51,156 bases of DNA, taken from contig JAHQWL010000029.1 of assembly GCA_029856155.1 (NCBI GenBank), positions 1-51,156 on the forward strand. The letters run 5' to 3'. Of the stretch, positions 10,580 through 20,988 are shown in pieces; position 1 is the stretch's first letter, and every line of letters starts with the position of its first letter. A model generated the notes under the pieces. The model did not search any database. It worked only from the letters and a program-made list of their open reading frames with translations, and was not told where the DNA came from. Made by a program: the position numbers and the translations under genes. Origin of the DNA: Promethearchaeia archaeon. GTDB lineage: Archaea; Asgardarchaeota; Lokiarchaeia; Sigyniarchaeales; SOKP01.

Positions 10580-11875
10580 ATGAACGTTCCTGTAATAGTA
10601 TTAATCTTGGTTTTATTTGCTATTTTGATGGCATTTTTTTCTCAAGATAAAATTGATTACTTCCCTTTTGCATTAATTATAGGCGTTATTGCAGTATTTT
10701 TAATGGTTATTTTTGGTAATGTTGATGAGGTAGATATACTTGGATTTATCAATTTTAACACGTTAATCTTCATATTTGGTATGCAGATACTTATCTACTT
10801 TGCAGTTAATGACCAAGTGTTAGAATATACCGCGATAAAATTGATCCATATAACGAAAGGGAATAACCGTCTATTCTTTTATATGATTTGCCTTTTTACA
10901 GGTATAATAGTAGCCTTTATCGAGGATTTAACCCTTTCTTTGATATTGATCCCATTGATCTACAGGACATGCCGAGTATTAGAGATACCTGCGGGAACTT
11001 ATATGATGGGAATGACTATTACGATAAATATTGGTGCTATACTAACTCCTGTGTCTAGCTTGAAAAACTTAATTATAGGTCAGGAATTTGGGTGGGGTTT
11101 TGGTGAGTATTTTGCCAATATGGGCATTTTGTTTTTAATCACATTAATATCCACTATTTTTTTGTTGGATTGGTTTATTTTAAAAAAAGAAGAAAAACCA
11201 ACTGAACGAAATAAGAAGATATTACTGGAAATACTTGACCCAAAAATTGTGATCCAAAATAAAAAGTACTTTTTCATGACAGTTATTATTGTTTTAACTA
11301 CTTTTATATTCATGATCTTAGGATTCGGCCCTGCGCTTGTCGTGATCATATCTGCAGCTGTTCTACTTCTTATTCACTCTAAGGAAACGAATTTCTCGGA
11401 TCTTAAGGATGATATTTCGTGGAGAATCATCATTTTATTTGCGATCTTATTCATTCTTTCGAATTCTTTGTCATATTTCGGTTTCTCAGAATTAATCTCC
11501 ACAGGATTAGTAAACCTTCTAAATAATAACATTTATCTCGCAGTATTGATGACATTAAGCATCTCTTCCCTCTTATCTGCATTTCTTGCGGGTACACCCG
11601 TTACCATCATCCTTCTCCCAATCTTTTCGGCGGTCATAGGAGAAGGTTTTTTTCCTAACCCGATCATAATTGCGTTCATAAGTGGTGTTAATATGGCCGG
11701 TAATTTTTTACCACAAGGTTCTGCCTGTGATCTTCTCACTCTTTCATTGGCAAAAAAATATAAGGTAGCGAATTTGGATTATAGGCGCTTACTAAAATAT
11801 GGTGCACTTTTCGCAACATTTCATTTCTTAATCATACTGGGATATACAATGCTTTACACTATATTTTTGAGTTAA
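10580..11875 (+). CDS. ArsB/NhaD/SLC13-type ion transporter
   Basis: About 11-12 hydrophobic segments, with duplicated half motifs NIGAILTPVSSLKNLII and NMAGNFLPQGSACDLL. Confidence 0.85.
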   Translation: MNVPVIVLILVLFAILMAFFSQDKIDYFPFALIIGVIAVFLMVIFGNVDEVDILGFINFNTLIFIFGMQILIYFAVNDQVLEYTAIKLIHITKGNNRLFFYMICLFTGIIVAFIEDLTLSLILIPLIYRTCRVLEIPAGTYMMGMTITINIGAILTPVSSLKNLIIGQEFGWGFGEYFANMGILFLITLISTIFLLDWFILKKEEKPTERNKKILLEILDPKIVIQNKKYFFMTVIIVLTTFIFMILGFGPALVVIISAAVLLLIHSKETNFSDLKDDISWRIIILFAILFILSNSLSYFGFSELISTGLVNLLNNNIYLAVLMTLSISSLLSAFLAGTPVTIILLPIFSAVIGEGFFPNPIIIAFISGVNMAGNFLPQGSACDLLTLSLAKKYKVANLDYRRLLKYGALFATFHFLIILGYTMLYTIFLS

Positions 11876-11902
11876 GAGATTGAAAACTAAAAAGTAAATA
11901 TT

Positions 11903-13564
11903 CTAATCTCTCATTTCTTTTGGAAGTGTTAGAACACCAGTAAGGGGATTATTTAGAGGATCTTGGCAATATAATATCGTAAAATAAATTAAATCATATA
12001 ATATACTTGGATCCTCTCCATTTTGTAATTTAAAGTCATAAAGGGAAAGTTGATACTCCGCTTCCGTTATCGGGGGCTCAGCATAAGAAACATTACCAAA
12101 AACTGATTGTAATAGAGGTTTCATGAAAGGGGAATACAAGAATCCTAACTCTTTTAATACATCTTTTAGATAGAAAAACATTCGCTGAACTGCTTGCATC
12201 ATATATCTTATAGGTTGATTTTCTGGTCCAAGATATTGTTCTGCAAATTCAGGGTCGTATTGAGCAAGTTTTTCCCGTGTAATATTTATAGGTCGGAATA
12301 AAGAAATCAACCCCCTCTCTATAGCTCCTTCACGATTTGTAGCAATTGTCTCACTACCCGCATCAGGCACCCAAATTCCCTTTTCTAGCAGTTTTCTTGC
12401 TTTATAACACATAGCTTGAATCAACATTCCAACTCCTATACGACGACAAATAGAAATTTGTGCATCGCTAATTCGGACTTCTATTGTTCCCCAATCCGTC
12501 ACAGGAAATACATCTTGAAACCGTCCGTCCTCCAAGCTTGCCTTCTGAACAGTTTGAAGGAAGAAATTAACAGAATTCTCACTTAGATCAGTTAAATAAG
12601 GGATATAATATTTAGGGTCATTCCCACTTAACATAGTAGTGTTATACTTTAAACGTAAAGATCTAGTGCAGTTTGGTGCAGTAATTCTCCTATTAATAAT
12701 CTTAACTACATCTGTTGGTTTATTATTTAAAATTGGTGAATTACATGTAAGGGCAATAAGATGTGGGATAAAATTTCGAATCATACAATAAGCTTGAATT
12801 TTTTCTAATTCTGAATTAAAAGAACCTAAGTGTGAATGATCAGCTTGGGAGACTCCACGCATGTATTCTTTCGTTGCGGGATTAATAGCGGAAGCGATAA
12901 TATGCAAATCCTTTGGTAGGGTAGCTTTAGCTAATAAAAATAAAGTGCTCGCCCAATATGCTAATTCTTCAATATAAACACATGGTGGTGTGACTAATTC
13001 TAGTATATAGGTAATTGCAGTAACGTTTCCATCTCTTGCGAACGTATCTATATCAACAGAACTATCTCCTAAAGCATAACGAATATCCATTGCATACCCT
13101 TTTTCAAGATCATCTCGTCCCCAAGGTCTAGCTAAAACTTTTTGTCTAATATAATCTGGAACTGGTAGAAAATCCTCTCTTCCCTCGTAGAGCATTTCAT
13201 CCATAATTTTAATAGCATCCTTCACAATTTCTTTCATTCGGTAAACCATTTCTTCTCCGGGAGGATATTCACCACTATCATCAGCAATAATTAGTTCCAT
13301 TTCAATACCATGGGTGAATGGTAAAGGAGTCCAATGTTCAACATCAGCTAACATATCAGCCCATGGTCTTTCAGGGATGTTTACTTCCACATAATCTGTT
13401 CCTAAAAATAATTTATCACCTGATCTGTCAATACTTTGTCCCAATGAAATACCTACAGGTGCTTTTTCTTTTCCTTTTGTCGTATATAACTGAGAAAAAG
13501 TATCAACTGACTGATTGTTTTTTTTTTTCTTCTTTTTCTCCTTCTTTTTTTTGTCTTTTGCCAT
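11903..13564 (-). CDS. glutamate-cysteine ligase family 2 (GCS2/YbdK-like carboxylate-amine ligase)
   Basis: HGIEMELII, LELVTPP, HSHLG, LIALTCNSP, SLRL and WGTIEVRISD motifs. Poly-Lys N-terminus. Confidence 0.8.
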   Translation of the reverse strand: MAKDKKKKEKKKKKKNNQSVDTFSQLYTTKGKEKAPVGISLGQSIDRSGDKLFLGTDYVEVNIPERPWADMLADVEHWTPLPFTHGIEMELIIADDSGEYPPGEEMVYRMKEIVKDAIKIMDEMLYEGREDFLPVPDYIRQKVLARPWGRDDLEKGYAMDIRYALGDSSVDIDTFARDGNVTAITYILELVTPPCVYIEELAYWASTLFLLAKATLPKDLHIIASAINPATKEYMRGVSQADHSHLGSFNSELEKIQAYCMIRNFIPHLIALTCNSPILNNKPTDVVKIINRRITAPNCTRSLRLKYNTTMLSGNDPKYYIPYLTDLSENSVNFFLQTVQKASLEDGRFQDVFPVTDWGTIEVRISDAQISICRRIGVGMLIQAMCYKARKLLEKGIWVPDAGSETIATNREGAIERGLISLFRPINITREKLAQYDPEFAEQYLGPENQPIRYMMQAVQRMFFYLKDVLKELGFLYSPFMKPLLQSVFGNVSYAEPPITEAEYQLSLYDFKLQNGEDPSILYDLIYFTILYCQDPLNNPLTGVLTLPKEMRD

Positions 13565-13640
13565 AGATATTATCTCATTTTTATAGCTTACAATATATAT
13601 AACAAATCCTAATTTTAAATTTTAGTTAGTTTATTTCTTT

Positions 13641-15479
13641 TTAGAGTAGAGATTGTATTAAAGTCTTAAAAATGTCATAATCGTTAATGAATTCGTAAGA
13701 TAAAACTAAATTAATAATATTACATTTGTTAGAGGGTAAAATTTGCTTAAGATCATCAGAAATTTTACCTCCATCGAATAACGAATCATCAACAATCACA
13801 TTAATAGTTTCTCCTATTCTTTTAATTTTAGAGTAAACATTTTTATCTAAATCAGAGTCTTGCGATATAATCACAGTTGGTTTTCCTAAATAGGGGATGA
13901 AATCTAAATTAAAAATTGATACTTGACCACGGACATTTTCAAAATTTCTAAAAAATTGTTTTAATGAACTAGTTAATATCCTAAACTCATCCTGACTATA
14001 GTTACTTTTTGATGGAAAAGTGTAATATGCGATTGATTTGTTTTGAGCATATTTTAAATCGTTATATACACGATCTAGTATTGGAAAAATGCTGAAATCA
14101 AAAGCAAATAAGGACAAAAACACGTTACTAAAATTAAAATCATTTACAAGGACATTATTACTAATATTTCCCCCCGTTAGACTAAAATTTTTAATATCAT
14201 TCGTAATGGTGGAAACATAAGTATTTAATAGGAAGTATTGAGAAAAGGCTAATTCCGATTCAAATTTTGTTTTAATTTCATCAACCATTATATAAATATC
14301 ATTAAATAAATCTTTCGCTATTTTCTCTTTAACTTCTTGAATAGGTATATGTTCAATAATAGTGCTTGCTGAAGTGGGGCTATCAATCTCAGCTAGAGCA
14401 TATAGTGCATTTTTAAACATTTTATAAATTGACTTATCTAAACCTGCTACAAGAATTTTAAGAAGTGTCTTAATTATTAAGTTAATTACATTAATTAATT
14501 CTGTTTTTGCATCTTGTTCTTTTAATTTTTTGGCAATATTAAACAGAATCTTAATTCTTAGAATATTATTACCAATTAGTTCTCTTAATTTCAAAGCTAA
14601 TAAAGGATCTGAGTTGATAATTTGACTATAAATATTAATTAGAAGATTATCTTTGATAGATGGATTCTGAATTAGATTTCCAATTTTAATTGCTTGTTCG
14701 GGATTATTTAATACTTGATCTAATGCTAAAAATTTGAAGACATTTTGTCGTTTTTCTAAATCTGGTAAATTTGAAACTATTTGAATCATTGCATCGAGAT
14801 TTTTAAAAGCGTAAGCACGAATTAGATTAAGATAAAAATTGCTCTGTTCCTTCTTATCTGAAAGCATTAAAGCTAATTTTAATGCCCTTTGAGGATTATC
14901 GATTGAAAGATATCCTTTAGCAATTTGTTTTATATAAGCTTCCATTTTTTCAAGTAATTCAGAGCTAGATATGTCTGACGATTGTGATGATTTATATTGT
15001 TCTGTTAATGAACCTAATTGTTGTTCCGCCTGTTTTAATACTTTTTCCTTCATATCGATAATATAATCTTCTGGATTAAATTTTTCAACTGCTTCTGCAA
15101 CTTTAAATGCTTGCTTATCTAAAATTTTCTTAATTTTACTTGTTTGGATAGCCTCTCTCACTTTCTGTACTTTCACGGTATATTCAATAATCTTAAGCCA
15201 GTGGACATTAATTGTTAATTTGCCAAAACCATCGACAGTAGGATCTAATTTCAAATCGATACTCTTTGTTTCCCCTGGACCAAATTCAATATTACTCTTA
15301 AAATTATCGGGTTTTACACTAATATTTAAATTTTCTCCCTCAAAATCAAATTTGAAGTCCTCTTTTTTGCTCGAATAATTTATTGCCTGGATGATAATTT
15401 CATTATTGATTCCAGGTATTAATAAATTTTGCGGGAATTTTGTGATCTTCAAGGAAATAATTTTGTCTACATTTGCCAT
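13641..15479 (-). CDS. hypothetical protein (N-terminal Ig-like beta domain, central alpha-solenoid)
   Basis: 612-aa ORF. The N-terminus is beta-rich (IEFGPGETKSIDLKLDP), and the middle has helical repeats (PQRALKLA / PEQAIKIG / PLLALKL). Confidence 0.75.
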   Translation of the reverse strand: MANVDKIISLKITKFPQNLLIPGINNEIIIQAINYSSKKEDFKFDFEGENLNISVKPDNFKSNIEFGPGETKSIDLKLDPTVDGFGKLTINVHWLKIIEYTVKVQKVREAIQTSKIKKILDKQAFKVAEAVEKFNPEDYIIDMKEKVLKQAEQQLGSLTEQYKSSQSSDISSSELLEKMEAYIKQIAKGYLSIDNPQRALKLALMLSDKKEQSNFYLNLIRAYAFKNLDAMIQIVSNLPDLEKRQNVFKFLALDQVLNNPEQAIKIGNLIQNPSIKDNLLINIYSQIINSDPLLALKLRELIGNNILRIKILFNIAKKLKEQDAKTELINVINLIIKTLLKILVAGLDKSIYKMFKNALYALAEIDSPTSASTIIEHIPIQEVKEKIAKDLFNDIYIMVDEIKTKFESELAFSQYFLLNTYVSTITNDIKNFSLTGGNISNNVLVNDFNFSNVFLSLFAFDFSIFPILDRVYNDLKYAQNKSIAYYTFPSKSNYSQDEFRILTSSLKQFFRNFENVRGQVSIFNLDFIPYLGKPTVIISQDSDLDKNVYSKIKRIGETINVIVDDSLFDGGKISDDLKQILPSNKCNIINLVLSYEFINDYDIFKTLIQSLL

Positions 15480-15602
15480 AATTCAAATGATGTATTTATT
15501 CTTGTTAAAAATAGTAATTCTAAATCTCTCATTAATTTTTGGGTTTAACAATTATTAATGATTTATTTATTTTTGAGTTATGAAATAAAATAGAAACAAG
15601 AA

Positions 15603-16340
15603 TTATTGTCCCATTCGTCGATTTCTTCTTATATAATCTTTTAAATCCTCGATAACCATTTCTTTATTATAATCGGGCCAGAAATCATTTCTAAATTTAA
15701 ATTCAGCATAAGAAGAATCCCATAGCAAGAATCCAGAAATTCTTGCCCCATCACTCATTCCCGTTCTAATTACATAATCTAATGGAGGAAAATTTTTTGT
15801 ATAAAGATGTGCTTTAATTAAATCTGTACTAACTTGTTCTGGCTTTATTCCATTACTAACTATTTGCTTAACTGCGTCCACAATTTCTTCATGACCATCA
15901 TACATAATACAAAGATTAATGAAATTTTGACTGTGATCCCTAGTAAATTCAATTAATTCTTCAATTTTTCTTCTTACTTTATCTGGTAGCATTGAAATTC
16001 GACCAATAACAGTGAACTTAACCTTTTCCTCTTTTACAATTGATTCATTTATAATTGTATCGACAGCTTTAACCATAATCTTATAAATATACTTAAGTTC
16101 TTCATTATTACGCTTCCTCACATTTTCAAGCGATAAAATATATAGACTTAAGTAGTGGATCCCCGCATCAAAAAAGTCAAATAACCTCTTTTTAAGGTTT
16201 TCATATCCAATTAGATGACCAAAATTAATATCTAAGTTTCTTTTTTTCGCCCATCGACGATTACCATCTATGATCAGGCCAATATGCTTAGGTAGCTTAT
16301 CCTGTGCTGTTTCCTTTAATTCTTCTAAAGTAGTGACCAT
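15603..16340 (-). CDS. uppS: cis-prenyltransferase (polyprenyl diphosphate synthase)
   Basis: PKHIGLIIDGNRRWA, LSLENVRKR, IRTG...RISGFLLW and the C-terminal RNRRMG. Confidence 0.95.
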   Translation of the reverse strand: MVTTLEELKETAQDKLPKHIGLIIDGNRRWAKKRNLDINFGHLIGYENLKKRLFDFFDAGIHYLSLYILSLENVRKRNNEELKYIYKIMVKAVDTIINESIVKEEKVKFTVIGRISMLPDKVRRKIEELIEFTRDHSQNFINLCIMYDGHEEIVDAVKQIVSNGIKPEQVSTDLIKAHLYTKNFPPLDYVIRTGMSDGARISGFLLWDSSYAEFKFRNDFWPDYNKEMVIEDLKDYIRRNRRMGQ

Positions 16341-16735
16341 CTAACCCATTTTAACATTATATTCTTTTCAATATTAATATGAATATTAAAAATATTAAAT
16401 CTTCCTTATAATTTAAAGGAATTATAAATTATTGAGAGAATTTTTACGAGCAATAATAAGTAGATTATTATTAATTCTCTTAAAATTTGTCTTGTTTTAA
16501 GGTTTAAAGTTACATTTTTTAAATTTTAAGTGTTTGTAAAAGAGTAATAATAATATTAATAATATTTACCACTTATAAGAATTTGAACTATTGAGAATAT
16601 TAGTCCACTGAGAATTTTTAAATAAGCAATTCTTTTAATAAAACTAATTTTATATAGATAAGTTTTTGAACAAATAAACATTACATATAGAAAATATTTT
16701 AAAAAGAAGTATCATCAACTCGAGAGATATCATTA

Positions 16736-18412
16736 ATGCTTTCTAACGATTATTTATTTTCGAATATTGGAATTGATTCAATTGGCTTTCATGCTCCAAG
16801 ACATTATGTTAACTTAAAAGAACTTGCCTTAGAGAGAAACGTAGATCCAGAAAAATATGAAAAGGGTTTATTGTCTAAAGAAATGCGTTTAGCTGAAATC
16901 GATGAAGACATTATTTCTCTTGGATTAAAAGCAGGCTATAATGCCTTACAAAGGGGAGGTATACATCCCAAGAGTATAGACGCTTTATTTGTAGGCACTG
17001 AGACTGAGGTCTACGCCGCTAAGAGCATCTCGAATATATTCGCCGAAATGTTAGAGATTTCTTCCAATTCATTGACTCAGGATATCTACAACGCCTGTGC
17101 TGGTGGTACATTAGCAATTCTTAATGCTATCGCCTTAGTTGAAAAGGAAATAATAAATAACGCTCTCGTCATAAGTACAGATATTTCTTCATATCATCTT
17201 GGTTCTCCAGGTGAACCAACACAAGGATCAGGTGCTATTGCACTAGTAATTTCGAAAAATCCTCGAATAGCTAAATTTAGTAAGAACTTTGGAAAGGTTT
17301 CAGGAAATGTAAATGACTTTTTTAGATCTCATAATGATAAAAATGCTAGAGCATTTGGAAGTTATTCTCAAGATGCATATATTAAATTCCAACTTGCTGC
17401 TTATGATGATTTAATTAGAAGTATAGGGGATTTTCATGCAGATTTTTACACATTTCATGCTCCTTACTCCAAGCTTCCCCTTAAGATAATGCAGCAAATA
17501 ATATTAAAGCGTTGGATTAAACATATAAATGAATTACCTAAATTCGATAAGAAAAAGGTTCGTACTTCTATAATCAAGAAGCTTGATCATTTTTTACATG
17601 ATGTTACCGTTTTACCAGAATATCTATATTTAAAACTAAAAGAAAGGGGATTTTCATCCACAACTTTAGAGAGATTTTCATATTGGGTGAATACAAATGT
17701 AAAAGAGAGATTACTTCCTCAATTAAACGTTCCAATGCACTTTGGAAATATGTATAACGCTTCAATTTGGGCTCAGATTATATATCTTCTTGAAAATCAA
17801 GCTCGCGTTTATGATACAATCTATTTTGGCTCTTATGGTTCAGGAGCTACCTGTATTTCAGGTCTTTTAAAAGTTCAAGAGAGTTTTAATGAAATTATTC
17901 AAAAAGGACCTCATATAAATGATTTTATAAAATTAAAAGAAAAGAAAAGTGTTCAAGAATATGAATTAATTAAGAATGGTACTACTAAACCAGTTATATT
18001 ATTGGGTCATATTGTTGAACATGAATATAATAATAAAAGAGGATTTACACTTCATTTTTGCGATGAGGGATGCCTTATCCCCAATATAAAAGGATTAGAC
18101 CACTGTCCTAAAGGGCATTCAGGACTTCATAAAAGATTTTTCCCTCTCTTTGCAAAGTTAGATAGTGACCCAATTGCTCAATTAGACTTTAAGGACCTAA
18201 AATATTTGAAAGAAGGATTAGTAAGAGTAGCGAGTAACGTAAAAAAAGGCAGTACTTTAGAGTATGAAATAAGGAGAGTTGATAATGAATATGAGGAAAA
18301 TAATAACGCAAAGGGATTGTTAAATTGGAGTCCAATATATCTTCCAATACCTGAAAAATATTTGATGAATAGAGATTATCAAATCGAAGATCTTCCCATT
18401 CCTCTTGAATGA
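16736..18412 (+). CDS. mvaS: HMG-CoA synthase with C-terminal Cys/His-rich (DUF35-like?) extension
   Basis: VGTET (catalytic Glu), NACAGGT (catalytic Cys), GEPTQGSGA, FHAPYSKL, GNMYNAS and SYGSGA. About 140 extra C-terminal residues contain CDEGC...HCPKGH. Confidence 0.9.
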   Translation: MLSNDYLFSNIGIDSIGFHAPRHYVNLKELALERNVDPEKYEKGLLSKEMRLAEIDEDIISLGLKAGYNALQRGGIHPKSIDALFVGTETEVYAAKSISNIFAEMLEISSNSLTQDIYNACAGGTLAILNAIALVEKEIINNALVISTDISSYHLGSPGEPTQGSGAIALVISKNPRIAKFSKNFGKVSGNVNDFFRSHNDKNARAFGSYSQDAYIKFQLAAYDDLIRSIGDFHADFYTFHAPYSKLPLKIMQQIILKRWIKHINELPKFDKKKVRTSIIKKLDHFLHDVTVLPEYLYLKLKERGFSSTTLERFSYWVNTNVKERLLPQLNVPMHFGNMYNASIWAQIIYLLENQARVYDTIYFGSYGSGATCISGLLKVQESFNEIIQKGPHINDFIKLKEKKSVQEYELIKNGTTKPVILLGHIVEHEYNNKRGFTLHFCDEGCLIPNIKGLDHCPKGHSGLHKRFFPLFAKLDSDPIAQLDFKDLKYLKEGLVRVASNVKKGSTLEYEIRRVDNEYEENNNAKGLLNWSPIYLPIPEKYLMNRDYQIEDLPIPLE

Positions 18413-19620
18413 TAATGAACACTTCACTTTCAAAAGATCTTATTACAAAATTAGAAAAGGATCATCTCGAAATTTTAGACTTTTTAAAACGAAACGATTA
18501 TCAAATTCAAGATCTTCCTCCTAAAGACATTACTGCACAGAGCGAGGGGGAAGCTTATACTATAGCATATCCTATTCAAGGTATCCTAAAATATCACGGA
18601 ATTGTTAACATTAAACATCGAATCCCCTATTTTCCAAGTATCTCTTTAAATAATGATTGCGGATTTACAATTTCTTATTTAAAATTTGATAAAAATTTGA
18701 AGGAAGATCGTGCTTTTCTCAATGGTAAACCTGCTTTTAATGATGAATTAGAAAGAGTTAAATTTACTTTAGACTTTATTCGAAGTTATTCTAAAATACA
18801 CACAAAAGCTATGCTGATTTCTCGAAATTTTTTAAAAACAGAGAGAGAAGAACAAATAGGTAAGGGCTTAGGGACTTCAGCTTCGGGTTCTTCTGCCCTT
18901 TCTTTAGCAGCTGCAGCCATTATTTATAATAATCATGAAAATTATATGCATAACAAAAGATTATTGAGTATATTTTCAAGATATCTTGCGAGTTCTGGCT
19001 CTCGAAGCTCTACTGGAGGATTTTCTCTTTTACTCAGTCATCCAAATATTGATCCTTTTAACTGTTTTTCAATTCGATTGGATCGTAAAGAACATCAATC
19101 TTTTGTAGAACAGATTGCACTTTTGACAATTCCAATGAAATCTGATTTAAAAACGCATCAAGCACATGAAATTGTTCCTCATTCACTTTTTTTCTCTGCT
19201 TGGTTAGAACAGCGAAAACAGCTTATTTTCGAATTTTTTGAAGCATTAGAAAATTCTAACTTAAATAAAATCGGTGAATTAGCAGAATATGATACATTCT
19301 GTCTACATTCTGTAGCAATGTCAGTAAAAAATAATAACATTATCGCTTGGGAACCCGACACGCTAAAAATTATGCTTAAGATTCGTGAACTTAGAAAAAA
19401 AATTGGGTATAATGTTTATTTTTCCATTGATACTGGACCATCACTAGTCTTATTGACTTATGAAAATGAGAAACGCAAGATAATTGATGAATTAAAACCC
19501 TTTATACCTAATTATGAAATAATTGAGGGAAAAATAGGTGGTCCATCAAAAATAATTACTCCCACATCTCCAGAAGCTAAGAAAATAAAAGTTGATATAG
19601 AAAACTTTATTAATTTTTAG
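18409..19620 (+). CDS. mvaD: GHMP-family (di)phosphomevalonate decarboxylase, haloarchaeal PMD-like
   Basis: AYPIQGILKYHG, typical of the PMD type; GLGTSASG P-loop, SGSRS and YFSIDTGPS. ATGA overlap with the HMGS stop. Confidence 0.8.
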   Translation: MIMNTSLSKDLITKLEKDHLEILDFLKRNDYQIQDLPPKDITAQSEGEAYTIAYPIQGILKYHGIVNIKHRIPYFPSISLNNDCGFTISYLKFDKNLKEDRAFLNGKPAFNDELERVKFTLDFIRSYSKIHTKAMLISRNFLKTEREEQIGKGLGTSASGSSALSLAAAAIIYNNHENYMHNKRLLSIFSRYLASSGSRSSTGGFSLLLSHPNIDPFNCFSIRLDRKEHQSFVEQIALLTIPMKSDLKTHQAHEIVPHSLFFSAWLEQRKQLIFEFFEALENSNLNKIGELAEYDTFCLHSVAMSVKNNNIIAWEPDTLKIMLKIRELRKKIGYNVYFSIDTGPSLVLLTYENEKRKIIDELKPFIPNYEIIEGKIGGPSKIITPTSPEAKKIKVDIENFINF

Positions 19621-19636
19621 AATAGAGATTTTAATT

Positions 19637-20917
19637 ATGAAAGAATTCCATTCTGATATCTCCGGATTTTATAAATTATCATTAGAGGAACGTCAAAGAA
19701 AAATTTCTGAGATAGCTAACCTTAATAAAGAAGAAATCAAGATTTTGCAAAATCTAGGATATTTTGAGCCTAAACAAATTGATACTTTAGTAGAAAACGT
19801 TATTGGGAGTTATCAATTGCCATTTGGTTTAGCTTTCAATTTTAAAATCAATAATAAGGATTATATTATACCCATGGTCACTGAAGAACCATCAGTCATA
19901 GCCGCAGCTTCAAATGCAGCTAAATTTGCGAGAAAACATGGTGGGTTTCATTCAGAAGAAGTAAAATCAGTAATGATTTCACAGATACAGATAATTAATT
20001 TACCTGATATTAAAATTGCAAAAGAAAAAATATTAGATAATAAAAGTGAACTTTTAAAAATTGCCAATGAACAAGATCCTTTATTGAGTGAATTAGGTGG
20101 CGGCGCTTTTGAATTTGAAATTCGAGAGTTAACTACAAGAAAAGGAGAAATGTTGATTCTTCATATATTAGTTGATGTTTTAGATGCAATGGGTGCGAAT
20201 GTGGTAAATACTATGGCTGAAACTATCAGTCCATATATAGAAGAAATATGCGGTGGTAAAGTTTATCTTAGAATTGTATCCAATTTGGCAACTCATCGAA
20301 TAGCAAAAAGTAAGGCGACTTTTGATAAGGAGTTATTAGGTGGAGTAGAAGTTGTAGAAGGAATCTTAAATGCTTATGAGTTTGCGCTTGCAGATCCGTA
20401 TAGAGCTACTACTCATAATAAAGGTATAATGAACGGAATTGTAGCTTTAACATTAGCTACAGGAAATGATACACGCGCTATTGAATCTGGCGCTCACGCC
20501 TATGCTGCATTGAAGGGACAATATTCACCATTGACAAAATTTCAAGTTGATTCAGATGGAAATCTAGTAGGAGAAATAGAATTACCTCTTGCTCTTGGTA
20601 TTATTGGAGGTATGACTAAGATACATCCGATGGCTAGATTAGCTTTAAAAATCTTGAATATTAAAAATGCCAGTGAACTTTCTCAGATAGCAGCTGCTCT
20701 CGGTTTAGCCCAAAATGTAGCTGCTCTAAGAGCTTTAGCTTCAGAAGGAATTCAAAAAGGTCATATGACGCTACATTCAAGAAATATTGCAAAACTAGCT
20801 GGAGTACCCGAACAATTGATAGAAAAGGTAGCGAATAAATTGGTTAAGGATAAGAAAATTAGAGTTGATTATGCGAAAGAAATTTTAAAAAGAATTGATA
20901 ATAATGAAAACCTTTAG
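19637..20917 (+). CDS. mvaA: HMG-CoA reductase, class II type
   Basis: ENVIG, PMVTEEPSVIAAAS, DAMGAN, DPYRATTHNKGIMNG, GNDTRAIE and GIQKGHMTLH. Confidence 0.95.
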   Translation: MKEFHSDISGFYKLSLEERQRKISEIANLNKEEIKILQNLGYFEPKQIDTLVENVIGSYQLPFGLAFNFKINNKDYIIPMVTEEPSVIAAASNAAKFARKHGGFHSEEVKSVMISQIQIINLPDIKIAKEKILDNKSELLKIANEQDPLLSELGGGAFEFEIRELTTRKGEMLILHILVDVLDAMGANVVNTMAETISPYIEEICGGKVYLRIVSNLATHRIAKSKATFDKELLGGVEVVEGILNAYEFALADPYRATTHNKGIMNGIVALTLATGNDTRAIESGAHAYAALKGQYSPLTKFQVDSDGNLVGEIELPLALGIIGGMTKIHPMARLALKILNIKNASELSQIAAALGLAQNVAALRALASEGIQKGHMTLHSRNIAKLAGVPEQLIEKVANKLVKDKKIRVDYAKEILKRIDNNENL

Positions 20918-20988
20918 TTTTATAAAATGTGTTTCTGTAACTCAAAATATTAGTAAGGTAGATTATTCCAAGAAAGTTATTGAGATGA

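Noticed and set aside
16341-16735. Repeated AATATTA / TGAGAAT words in the divergent uppS-MVA promoter region
   Set aside because: The region is extremely AT-rich, so these cannot be distinguished from chance without comparative data.
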